64,000 nt of DNA from NCBI GenBank assembly GCA_019117385.1, contig DWZU01000033.1:12301-76300 (forward strand). Direction: 5' to 3'. Source of the DNA: Candidatus Eisenbergiella pullicola. GTDB taxonomy: Bacteria > Bacillota > Clostridia > Lachnospirales > Lachnospiraceae. Below are positions 19,560 through 31,100 of the stretch, in pieces. A program made the translations under genes and the position numbers. Position 1 is the stretch's first letter. Each line of letters opens with the position of its first letter. The notes beneath the pieces are model-generated. The model ran no database searches, was not told the origin of the DNA, and was given only the letters and a program-made list of their open reading frames with translations.

Positions 19560-20429
19560 TTACTGTTTCCGTTGTCTCCCGTTTTTCCTGTCGCTCTTTG
19601 CGCGCCGAAAAAAGAGAAGTATAGCGGCCGACAGCACCGCCAAAATCGGGATTATCAGCAAATATTCCGCCGATATCGACTTCATTTCCGTTTCATCGCA
19701 GGCGGGCGTTCCGATTTCCTCCCGTGCCTGTACCCGAACCCCTCTTACCAGGAGCCGATGCGTGTTTACTCCGTAGGGCGTGCAGGTCACCAGCGTGCAA
19801 TAATCCTTTCCTTCTTCCGGAGCCAGCGCCTCCGTTTCATCCGGCTCTACCGTCAGAATCCGATCCACCTGATAAGTCAGAACACCGTCCAGAATATGAA
19901 GTCGAAACGTATCCCCTTCCTCCAGCTGATCCAGATCCGTAAACAGTCTGGCGGAAGGGAGCCCTCTATGGCTGGAAAGCACGCAGTGCGTTCCTTCCCC
20001 TCCCACGGGGAGGGCCGTGCCCGCTATGTGCCCCACTGCGATCTGGAGGACCGCTTCGTCCGTGCCGTGATAAACAGGCAGCAAACAGTTGATGGAGGGG
20101 ATCTCCACATACCCCATCATTCCATTTCCTGTCACGTTCAACAGGCGCTCATATTCCGTCTGCTCCTCTTCCGTCATTTTTTTCAGATACGCTCCGGAAG
20201 AAAGGTTTTGATTATACTCCGTCGCTTCCTTCCAGAAGGGCTCATATTCCCCGCTTTCCAATTCCGCAACCTTTTCCGTATAGGCACGAATGGCCCGGGA
20301 CTGATGGAGGGAATTCCACCAATCGCTGACGGTTGGGTACAGCATCAGCGCGATCCCTGACACAAAAACGAGAAACGGGAGCGCTGCCGCCATAACAGAG
20401 CGGATGCGCTTTTTTGACTTACCTCTCAC
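19560..20429 (-). CDS. Class C (pilin-polymerising) sortase
   Basis: HCVLSSHRGLPSARLFTDLD, CTLVTCTPYGVNTHRLLVRG, C-terminal TM; GTGA overlap with the pilin stop. Confidence 0.93.
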   Translation of the reverse strand: MRGKSKKRIRSVMAAALPFLVFVSGIALMLYPTVSDWWNSLHQSRAIRAYTEKVAELESGEYEPFWKEATEYNQNLSSGAYLKKMTEEEQTEYERLLNVTGNGMMGYVEIPSINCLLPVYHGTDEAVLQIAVGHIAGTALPVGGEGTHCVLSSHRGLPSARLFTDLDQLEEGDTFRLHILDGVLTYQVDRILTVEPDETEALAPEEGKDYCTLVTCTPYGVNTHRLLVRGVRVQAREEIGTPACDETEMKSISAEYLLIIPILAVLSAAILLFFRRAKSDRKNGRQRKQ

Positions 20430-22087
20430 TTTTTTTCGCCCCTTTTGCGCACGATCACGAAACAAGTCGCGCCCCCGGCCGCTGCCAGCAATCCGCCCAG
20501 CACATAAAATGCGGCGGTGCCGGAACCTCCGACCGCAGGAAGAAGAAGGCCGCTTTCGTTCACGATAGAGAGCTCGATCACCCCCTCTTTCACGACTGCA
20601 TTCTCACCGTCGTCGTTTCCGGTGACAGACCAGCTGCACTCCGTGGAAGGCGCTCGCGGCGGCGTCCATGCGACAGAGATTTTTATCGGCTCTTCCAACC
20701 GCCTGTAGCCGTCCGGGGCCCTCAGTTCCGTAATGGTATACTCTCCGGCCGCCAATCCGTCGAAGCGAAGCACACCGTTTTCATCCACGGTTCCTTCCAC
20801 CTTCCCGTCATCCGCTTCGATGACTCCTGCGCCGGATACCAGGACGCGGTTTAGTCCCCTTCCTTCCAGCAGGAATTTCGCCCCGCTCAGAGAAGCTCCT
20901 TTCGGATCCACCTTCAAAAGTTCCAGTCCGGTGACATAAGTGCGGGTCTCAGAAGGCGGCGTCTCCCCCACCGGGCTGTCCGGGCCTGGTTTGTCAGGAT
21001 TTCCCGGCGCGCCCTGTCCTCCGGAAACGTTGGGGTCATTTGAAAAAAACAGTTTCGCCTCATTCCTGTTTCCTGCCGTACCGATCTGTGCCTCTTCATT
21101 CACTGTCGCCGAATAGGAAATAGCGATCGGCGCTTCCGTCTGTCCCTTATACTGAATAAAATTCTTCAAAATGATCCGAACGGTCTGTTCCTGTCCGGCC
21201 GAAGCATGTTCCGGTTCCGTCTCTACCGCATAGCCCAGACCCTCTGTGAGTTCCGTCTCCCCCACCCGGACTGTTACGGAGGTCTTGTCAAAAGTCAAAC
21301 CTCCGGAGAGGGTGTCCTCTACCATAAAGTAATATTTTTCATAACCGTCCATCGCCGGAACCCCTGAAACGATTTTGAACGGAACGGTGTCTCCCACAGC
21401 CGCCTGATTTACGGTTACGTCCCCATCGGTTCCCGGATCGGTATCCAGATCTCCGTCGATTTTTTTATCCAGCTCCGGGGCATCCTCTTTCGCGTTGATA
21501 CGGATGTCTCCGTCCGCCACCTTAAGCATGAATTTGCTGTAAGCGCTGCCTTCCGCTCCGGAGGACATCGCCGCCTCCCGGATGAAATAGTACCCGTCTT
21601 CCAGGCCGGCGATGGTATAGATATAGCCCGCCGAAACGCTTCCCGAAGGAGCGCCGGAAACTCGTTTCGTATCGCTCAGATATTTGGATACCACATCGGA
21701 AAACGCATCCAACAAAACGCTGTTATCCATAAAAGATCCTTTTTTATCGGACAACTTCTCCGCCACATCGGCGGCGGAAGAACAGTCTTTAAAATGACTT
21801 CCCAGCGTCGGATTGTTCTGCAGGGCCTCCAGAAGGGGGCTGGTTTCCGTCCCTCCCCCCCCGCTGCGGATCACGCCGTCGCCCCAGGTTATATCTACCA
21901 ACACTCCGCCTGAAATGTGTCCTCCCAAAATTCGATAGGCCTCATAAGTATGGCCCGGCGCAGCGGAATGGATCGTGACAGTATGGCCTGTTTCGGCTGC
22001 CAGAATAGGTGAAGCTGCTGTCAGGCACAAGGCCAGCGACAGCAGGATCCCGATAAGCCCTGCAAATTTTCTTCTTTTCTTCCTCAT
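20426..22087 (-). CDS. Backbone pilin (SpaH/EbpC-like isopeptide domains), sorting motif LPAVG
   Basis: Signal peptide; INAKEDAPELDKKI pilin-Lys region; VGDTVPFKI; E-box YTITELRAPDGY; LPAVGGSG + TM + RKRGEKK. Confidence 0.88.
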   Translation of the reverse strand: MRKKRRKFAGLIGILLSLALCLTAASPILAAETGHTVTIHSAAPGHTYEAYRILGGHISGGVLVDITWGDGVIRSGGGGTETSPLLEALQNNPTLGSHFKDCSSAADVAEKLSDKKGSFMDNSVLLDAFSDVVSKYLSDTKRVSGAPSGSVSAGYIYTIAGLEDGYYFIREAAMSSGAEGSAYSKFMLKVADGDIRINAKEDAPELDKKIDGDLDTDPGTDGDVTVNQAAVGDTVPFKIVSGVPAMDGYEKYYFMVEDTLSGGLTFDKTSVTVRVGETELTEGLGYAVETEPEHASAGQEQTVRIILKNFIQYKGQTEAPIAISYSATVNEEAQIGTAGNRNEAKLFFSNDPNVSGGQGAPGNPDKPGPDSPVGETPPSETRTYVTGLELLKVDPKGASLSGAKFLLEGRGLNRVLVSGAGVIEADDGKVEGTVDENGVLRFDGLAAGEYTITELRAPDGYRRLEEPIKISVAWTPPRAPSTECSWSVTGNDDGENAVVKEGVIELSIVNESGLLLPAVGGSGTAAFYVLGGLLAAAGGATCFVIVRKRGEKK

Positions 22088-22140
22088 AGGGTTTTCCTTC
22101 CTCAATCAATCAACCCGCTTTCCGGAAACGGGGCGGAGGG

Positions 22141-25100
22141 CTATAACGCCCTCCTGCGCCTCCGGTTTTTCCATGCCATATAAGCCAGGGAAAGGGCCGA
22201 CAAGAATGCGCCTGTGAGCAGATAGCCCCAGGTGCCGCTTCCACCCGTCTCAGGCATCTCATATCCCGGAGCGTTCAAAACAGTCTGGGAAACAATCCCT
22301 TTTCCGCTCTCCGGTTTGTTCACAATCTGTCCGGGATTCTCATTCAGGTTATAGCCTTCCGGCGCCCGAAGTTCCAACAGATAGTAGCTGTCTTCCGTCA
22401 ATTCCGCCCAGAATGTTTTCCCGTTTTCTTCCTCCGTAATCCGAACTTCTTTCAGATACCAGGCTTTTCCGCCCTCCTCGAGCGTTCTGTCCGGTTTCAG
22501 ATCGTAAACTTCTTTCAGATTTTCGTACGCATCATCCGCCATCGCTTCCGCTTCGTTCGGACTGTAAAGCGCGAATACTGCATTGCCCAGAAGCTGCGCT
22601 GTTTCCTCGCTCTTTTTCGTCAGTTCCAGCGTCCAGATATTGCGGATATTGGTGCAGACGATCTCCTGGTTTTGCAGCGGGTTATAAGTAAAGGTCATGG
22701 TATTCCCGGTCCGTCCGTTGATGTCGCCGAAGACATAGATACTGTCCTCTCCCTGGGGTAATTCCAACACGGTGTACTTCTTCCCGTTCTCCCATTTCCA
22801 TTCCTCCGTCTCGCGCACAAAGGAGCCGTTCTGATAGGAATAGACGAAAGTATCTTTCAGCACCGCCGGGTTCGCAGAGGTTTGCCCTTCTTCCACGGTC
22901 AGTTCCGCCAGAGTATATTTTCTTCGCTCCGTTTCCAATGTCTGTGCCACACCGCTCTCCGAACCATCTGCAAATGTCATCGCCTCTCCCTCATAGATCA
23001 GGAATCGGAAAGTCTCCTGCCGAGGTGCCAAAAACGCCCGGCCCTCGGAATCCTTCAGGCTCTTTTGCAGATGCGGAACGCCGGCAACCTGGACGCCTAC
23101 GCTGTCAGGCGACGCTTCCAGTTCTGCGTTGCTACCCTTCAGACTGTAGCGGTACCCGAAACTGTTCCAGGCCGTTGCCAGCGGCTCCGGATCTTCTCCG
23201 TCGCGGATCACCGCCGTAAAGCTCACCTCGATCTTCGCACCGGCAGGGATCAGCTCCCCGCTTTCATCTTTCACTTGCAGCCGCAGGGAACGCATTTCGG
23301 AAAAATCGCTCACCTGCTTGCAGGCCGTCCAACCATCTGTTTCGATGCCCGACCGATCCTGACTGGAAAATTCCGTCTTGCCGCTGAATTCCAGCACATA
23401 TTGCTCTTCGTTAAGCTTCCGACCGTCCACCTTCACCGAGACTTGTGGATCCTTTGCAAAGTCCACCTGAAAATCGCTGTGACGCGGTACATCCTCATAA
23501 AAAGAAATGTGGTCGCCTTTCTGGGGAAGATTATCCAGAAGGATAAACCGATCCATGCCGGATCCCCCGCCCTGTGCGCTCCCGCTGTTTTCGACGCTCA
23601 GCGTATACCGAAATGCCGCATCTTCCTCCAAAAGGGAAATATAATTTTGCGATTCATCGGAGTTCGCCGAGTTGGCCGTCTCCGTCCCGTTCTTCTCCAG
23701 CTCCGTCACGGATTTGAGGGAAGATGTGGAATAACCATAGGAGACCGCTACCCCGGCATTATTCACGATGGAAGGCTTGTCCTGATACAGGTCATAATCG
23801 CCTATCGTCACATCGTCTTGGTCAAACTGCTGTTTGGGCGTAAGATAGCAAACATTGTAATAACTCGTATTTTCATATCTCTGCTCGATATTTTCCGTGG
23901 TCAGCGTCAACTCCACAGAGCCGCCTTCCGGAACCACCAGCTCGTGCTGTCCGGCCTGGAAGAAAATGGATAAAGTTTCTCTTCCGTTCTCATCCCGCCG
24001 GAGAGAAACATCCATCTTCGCGATCTGCGTGCCGCTGTACCCCCCATATCCTCTGAGCCTGCTTCTGATAGGAACAGGATCTCCGTTAATTTCCAGGGGC
24101 TTTTCTCCGTCAATATCTTTGATGATAACCGTCTGGTCATTCTCCTTCCGTTCCCCTGAAAAAGAGAAGAGTTCTCCCTGCGTCCCGGCGCCGCTCGCGC
24201 CGAATTTCACCGTGCAGTCGACTGTCCCCGTAAACTGATAGGGCGCCATCATCCTGTCCGTTATGGTATAGCCCCGTATAGGAGCTGTGCCGTTGTTTAC
24301 CGCCGTGACCGTCCACTTCAGAGGATCAGAATACCCCGCAAACGACACAGACGCGCGTTTGTCGATTCCGGGCACGATTTCGCCTCGCTGCATGGTTACT
24401 TTCGAGCTGAGCCATTTCGTACCGTCCGCAACGCCTCCCGTGTTCATTCCCCACTGTCCGATCTGTTCGTTTCCGTACAGGAACCGGCCACCGTCGTTGG
24501 ACGCCTTATTCTCCTTGTTTTTGCGCTCCACGGACGCTGCTTTGTTCAGCTCGCACGCTGAGCCGTTATAATTGAAATAAGGCATTGCCGCTACGTTTTC
24601 CGCAGAATCCGACGTATCCTCATAACCGTTCGTACAGCAATTGTACGCGACGACCACGGCCTCTCCGGAGCTGAGATAATACATTCCCCGATCCGCGTCA
24701 TAGGAAAGGGACTCGTTTCCGCCGTCTCCCGACAACGCGAAGGCCAAAAGCCCGCCTTCCCCTTCCGTCACCTGAATGCCGGCCTTTTTATACTTCACAG
24801 TCGTCCCCGAATCGCCTACCGCAATCAGGCTATTGTAATAGGAATCATTATTGCTCACCCGATAGACGGAATTGCCTGCCCTATACAGACACTCGTAGGT
24901 GAATCCCTCGGGCATCACATCCTGAATTTCGCTGAGATACATCCTGGAATCGCCGCTGTTATAAAGGGCGATATAATAGGTCACGATACCACGATTTCCT
25001 TCGTCATTGATATAATACAGCAGACTGTCCTTTTCCTGGCTCGGGACGTAGTAAAAGTTGGTGTTATAATCGTTCGCCCGTCCGGTCAGATAGACCCCCT

Positions 25101-28100
25101 TTTGCAGAAGGCCTTCCGCCGGCGCTTCGATATCGTGGAATACTTCATCCTGCATGTTGTCCAGCCGAAACGTATTTTTCAGATCCAGACTTCCGAACAA
25201 ATGGCTGTATGCCTGCCACTGCTCTCCCTTCGGGAAGGTCAGCTGCACGTAAATATACGCGTCCCCGTTCATAGTAAGGGTAAAGTCGTCGCTCCATTCG
25301 ATGATCTGCTGATTCGGGTTTTCCGGATCCGCAACGATCTCCCAGCCCGTTTCCGTCTTATCGGAAATAGTCAGCTCCGTTCCTTCTTTCGGAACATAGC
25401 AGATCTGAACTGTCTCGTCATTCCAGTAGCCCGCTTCTGCCAGCGGCAAAAAATCCCGCAGCGAGCTGCCGCCAACCGTTTCCGGCTTCTGCCCGAGCAG
25501 CTTCAGATCCAGGCGATACGTAACTTGTTCGCCTTCTTCCAGCGTAATGCGCCCTGTCACCTCATCCTTCGAAGGATCGTGACTGTCTGTAATCGGTTCC
25601 CCTTCCTGCAGGTTCGTGACGATATTCTTCTGAATTTCGACCCGTTTCCCGCCGAAAAATGCGTCATCGTACAGGCGGTGCCCCGGACGCTCGCCGATCC
25701 AGCATTCGTTTCTGAAACTGTAGTCCTGAGCCTCAACCGGCGCCAGCCCATAATCGACAATCGCCAAATAGTCGAATTTTCCTGCATCGCCCGTGAAATT
25801 CCCTTTGGGTCCGATGCTCCAATAGATCAGCGTATCCAGCCCCTCTGAGCCTTCCGATACGATCACCTTGACTGCGGTTTTGTTCCCGATGCTGACATTT
25901 TGGTATGTACCCGCTTTGCTCAGGATATAGTACTCTTTTTGAGTGGCAGGATCCGTGTACTCTTCAAAACCGCGCTCGCCCATCCCCGAATTGCTCTCTT
26001 TCTCCACCAACAGTGCCTGCGGCCCCCGCATACGGTCGACCACCGGCAGGGCGTCCGGCGGACCGGGCGTTCTTCTGCTGTCCACTTCGATTTTGTACCG
26101 GATCACATCCCCCTCCAAAATATCCACGGAGTCCTCTCCATCCAACGTCGTGTCCCCCAAATAGGCTCTCTTCGTAAGGGTATAATCCCTTTCGATGTCC
26201 GTCAGGACGGATGCCTCCTTTTTCTGTCCGCCGATCTCATGGGAAACGGCCGTATTCTTGACTTTTTCCGCATACAGATAGTTATTCAGGATGTACCAGG
26301 GCTGATCCTGCATCAGACGCATAAAGCTGCTCTTGGCCGAAGCCGGAATGCTGAAGATTCTGGTTCCAGGGTACAGAGTCTGCCCCTCCTGATCCCAGCT
26401 GCAGTGATAGGTTACCGCCTCCGTTACCAGATAGCCGATTTTGTTCAGCGCCTCCTCTATTGTAGAACACTCCTCCCCTGTTCCGATTCGGGTTACATCC
26501 GTTTTCCCCTCTGCCCGTTTCGTCTTCATCAGGATACAGCTTCCGTCGTTCGCCCAGCTAAAGGCAATGGTAACGCCTTTTTCGGCAACCCCGGGATCTT
26601 CCTTAACAAGGCCGTCATAATCCTTCAGGTCCCTGCCGATTTCGAACGGTTGATACAGATTTGCATTTTCCAGCGTGATGGTCAGATCTTTCCCATACGC
26701 ATCGTTCAGCATTTCGTTCATATTTCCCGGCGTGATATACCAATAGTCCTCCAGCCGGTCTTCCACAAAATCCAGATCTTCAAAAGGAAGTCCGGAAGTA
26801 TTCTCCAGCTGAATCGAAAAATGCGCTTCATGATATCCCATGAAAACGCTTTCCGGGCCCTTCTTGGTCAGCGTATAATCCGCCTTTCCCGCCACGATCT
26901 CCGCAGAAGCTTCTGCCCTCAGCGGCTCAGCATCCTGTGCAAAGCTGAACTCCGGAATCATCTCCACCGTATTTCGAATTTCATAAATCTTTGCCTGACC
27001 GGAAGCGCTTTGCAAAACTTTCGGATTCACCGCGATCATTTCGTCCTTAACCTCATAGCTTAACGTGAGGCCAGGAATCTCGGATTGTGTCGATGGATTC
27101 ACATAATCCCAGCAAACCTGCAGTCTTTCTTCCTCATCGACTTGAAGCCACAGTTTATACTCTTTTTTCTGATTACTTTTCTGTGTTATCTCGAAAAGCT
27201 CATACGCTTCTCCTGCAATCGTAACGTAAATGTGACTCCAAGCGGAAGAAGTCCTGACTCTCCAGTCGCCGGCCTTCACCGCCTCGATCAGCCCTTCCCT
27301 CCAGAAAAACCCTTCCGGAAGCGTCAAAGTATCCGTGAACTGAGCGCTTTTCATCACATCCTTACCATATAAGGACGTTTCTCCTTTATGTTCCAGGGAG
27401 ACCGTAAACTTCAAACCATTGACTGTGATCTGCCCATTCTCCGTTCCGTCTCCGGTGAGCGTCGCCGTCCCATCGCTCGTCTTGGTCACTTCGAATTCAT
27501 CCGGCTGAGTTTCCCAGGTCATCCGAATAGTCTGCTGCGGCAATACGACGCCGTCTCCCAGCTGCTCTGCTTCTTCTTGACTCAGGACACTGAGCCAGAT
27601 AAAGGCGTCTCCGCCTGCGGTATAGTTTGAATAGGTCGCGGCGATATTGAAGTTCAGCGTTTCTCCCGCCTTTGTCTTCTGTACCTCCGCATAATAAATA
27701 TCGGGCAGCTCAGATTCCTGAAAGGACACCGAAATGCCTCCGAAGCTCGCGTCACCTTCCAGGCTCAGTTTTCCGTCTTCGCTGTCGAACTTAAAGTAGA
27801 TACGGACGATATCCTCGCTGTCGCCTTTGCCTCCTGAAATGGTGACGTTGCTGGTAATACTCATCCCGGTTTTCACTTCCCTGTTTCCGGGAATATTGAC
27901 CGCGATCGTCCTTCCCGTGGAGTCTACGACGGAAAGGCTACTGCCTGCGGACTCCACTTCTTTCACATAGCTTTCAAAAAGGGCAGTTCTGAAAAAGGTT
28001 GCCGCATTCGCTCCGGCCGCTTTCCAGTTCTCCAGAATTACGGCCAGTTTTTTGATCCCGTTAATGCTGGAGAGTTTCTCGCAGTATTCAAAAGCTCCTT

Positions 28101-31100
28101 CTCCCAGATGCTGCAGATTTTCCGGCATCGTAACGGCTTCCAGGTTGTCGCAGTTCGCAAATGCGTGTCCTCCGATGTCGGTAACCGCATTTCCGATCAC
28201 CGCTTTCCCGATGTTGTCGCATTCCGCAAACGCATAGTCCCCAATGCCGGTGACGGAATCCCCGATTGCGATTTCCTCGATTTTCTCCCGGAAATCTGCC
28301 CAGGGTGCCGGATTCTGTGCGCTGTAATCGTACATCTCCCCGCTTCCTGAAATTTCGAGACGACCGCCTTCCAGCCGCCAGGTAAGGTTCTCTCCGCAGG
28401 TTCCTCTTCGAACCAGTTCTCCCTTTTCATTTACCAGATAAGGGCTGTATTTTTCCGTCAGCAGAATATCTCCCCCGGACGTATGAACCAGCAAATCTTT
28501 TCCTTTATAGACGAATTCGTTCGGCCCCTCCAGCACCATATCCTTCAAAAGGGAGGTCTTTCCCTGAAAGTCGGTTCCCAGGCTCGACATGAAATCGTAG
28601 GTCAGCCGATCCACGTCCGCGCTCACAGTCAGACGTTCTATGGTCGACTCCTTAAAAACGGACTGGGAGTGGATGCTCTCGATATCCTTCGCCTTTAAAA
28701 TCAGGGTTTTGAGCGCGGTACAGTTATCAAAACTATCAGACATCATTTCTTTCAGCGAATTACCGAGGGTCACTGTTTCCAAAAGAGTGCAGTCCCCGAA
28801 TGCGTTCTGTCCAATTTTCTGCAGACCCGCGCCGGTATCCAGACGCTTCAGCTGCAAACAGCCGTTAAAAGCCCATTCTCCAACGCTTTTCAGACTGTCA
28901 GGCAAAACCAGCTCCTCAATGGGAGCGCCTGCGAACGCGCTGTTCCCGATGCTCTCGAGAACAGCATCCTCTGCGAATTCAAGTTGTGCCAGGCTGTCGC
29001 ATTCCTCAAACGCATAATTCCCGATCTCCTCAAGCTTCTCGGGAAACTCGATCGATTTCAGGCTGGTGCAGCCTCTGAAAACCGAACTTCCGATCCGCAC
29101 CAGGCTTTCCGGAAGGCCGATCTCCTCCAGTTTCCCGCATCCCCAGAACGTGCTCGACTCCAATGCGGTAACTCCTTCCGGGATTTCGATCCGCTCCAGA
29201 CCGCTACAGGATTCGAATGCGCTCCACCCGATGTCCGTCAGCGTATCCGGCAGGGCAACTTTCGTCAGGTTCGGGCATTCGCGGAAACAGTTGTTCCCGA
29301 TTCCCGTAATGCCGTTCTCCACAACGATGCTCTTGATCTCATCCGAAAACCCGTACCACGGACTTCTGCCATAGTAGGTGGTGCTGAAATTTTTCATCTC
29401 ACCTTCCCCGTAAATGGTCAGTATCCCGCCGTCCAGTTTCCAGAAAACACCCTCGTTGACTTCTCCTCCGCGCAGAAGTTTCCCGTTCTCATCCACCATA
29501 TAGTCGCCTTCGCTGAGCGCCTGGCCTCCGATGGTGATGCTGCCGTCATAATAGGTAAAGGAATTCTCCCCCCGGAAGGTCAGCTTCGTCTCCGTTTCGG
29601 AGGGATTCATCATGGAGAGCGCATATTTGCAGAGGTCTTTCACGGTTTTGTCGACTATGATCTCGCCCGGCGTCTTACTCCCGTAGAAAATGTAAGATCC
29701 CAAATCCGTTGCGCGCAGCGATTCCGCCTGAAGCGTCACGGTTTCGATCCCGTCGCAGTACGCGAACGCGTAATTCCCGATATCTTCCACCTTTTGCGGA
29801 ATTACGATATCCGTCAACCCGTCACAATCAGAAAAGGCCCTTTCCCCGATCCCGACCAGGCTTTCCGGCAGCGTCAGCGCCTCCAGGCCGGAACAGCCCG
29901 AAAACGTATACCTCTCAATCTTTTTGATTCCCTCAGGAACCGCGATTTCCGTCAGGGCCTCGCAATTGGCAAAAGCATAGCTGCCGATTTCCGAGACTTT
30001 AGCGGGAATCACGAATTCGTTCATCTGTTTGCATTCCTGGAAAGCGTAATTGCCCAGGGACGTAACTGTCTCCGGGATCGACGCTTCCGTCATATTCTCC
30101 AGGCCGCTAAACGCATAGTTTCCGATATGGGTGATATTCCCTTCCACGACGACCTTTTTCACCAACGCCCTGGAAGAATACCAGTCGGGACGATTATAGG
30201 TAGAATAGTCCTCCATCTCCCCGTCGCCGGTGATAATCAGCGTCCCATCAAAGTCCAATGTCCAGATCAGTCCATCTTCGCAGCTGCCGCCGATCTTCAA
30301 TCGCCCCTGCTCGTCCACTTCATAGCTGCCCTGGCTGAGGGCGCAGTTTTTCGCGACGAAACTGCTTCCTGTATAGGTAAATTTCCCCGGTCCGAGAAAT
30401 TCCAGAGTGATCTGGTTCCGCTCTCCGGAGGACCAGCCGTAAGTCAGATAGTACAGATTCGTATAGGCCAACTCGGTCAATGTCCTCGCATCGATCGCGA
30501 CGGTCTCGATTGAAGAGCTGTTTCTAAACGCCGTGCTATCGATTTCAGCCGCCGAACGCAGCGTCACCTTTTTCAAATTTTCAGAATCCGAAAAAGCGTA
30601 AGAGCCTACGCTCTCCACCCCGGCTCCGAGGACGATCTCCTCCAGGCTGACGCATCCGCGAAAGGCATTGTTCCCGATTTCCGTAACTTTATCGGGAATC
30701 ACGATTTCAGTGAGAGCCGAGCATCCCCGAAACGGTTCGTCCTCCAGAGCAGTCAGCGTTTCGGGCAGTTCTACCCCGTCCAGTGCGCTGCAATCCTCAA
30801 ATGCCCTCATTCCGATCTTTGTCACGCCATTTGGGATCTTTACGGTCCTAAGGGCTGTACAGTCACTGAATAAATAGCTGGGAATCGCCGTTATCCCTCC
30901 GGGAAGAACGGCTGAAGTCAGATTTTCACATCCCGAAAATGCGGATGTTCCGATCTTGGAAACGCTGTCCGGAATGCTTACGCTCGTCAACCCGCTGCTA
31001 TAGAAAGCGGAAGATCCGATGCTTTCCAGCCGTTCTGGCATCTCTATAGAAGAAAGGCTGTAATTCTGATAGAAGCTGTACGCTCCAATGTTTGTAATGC

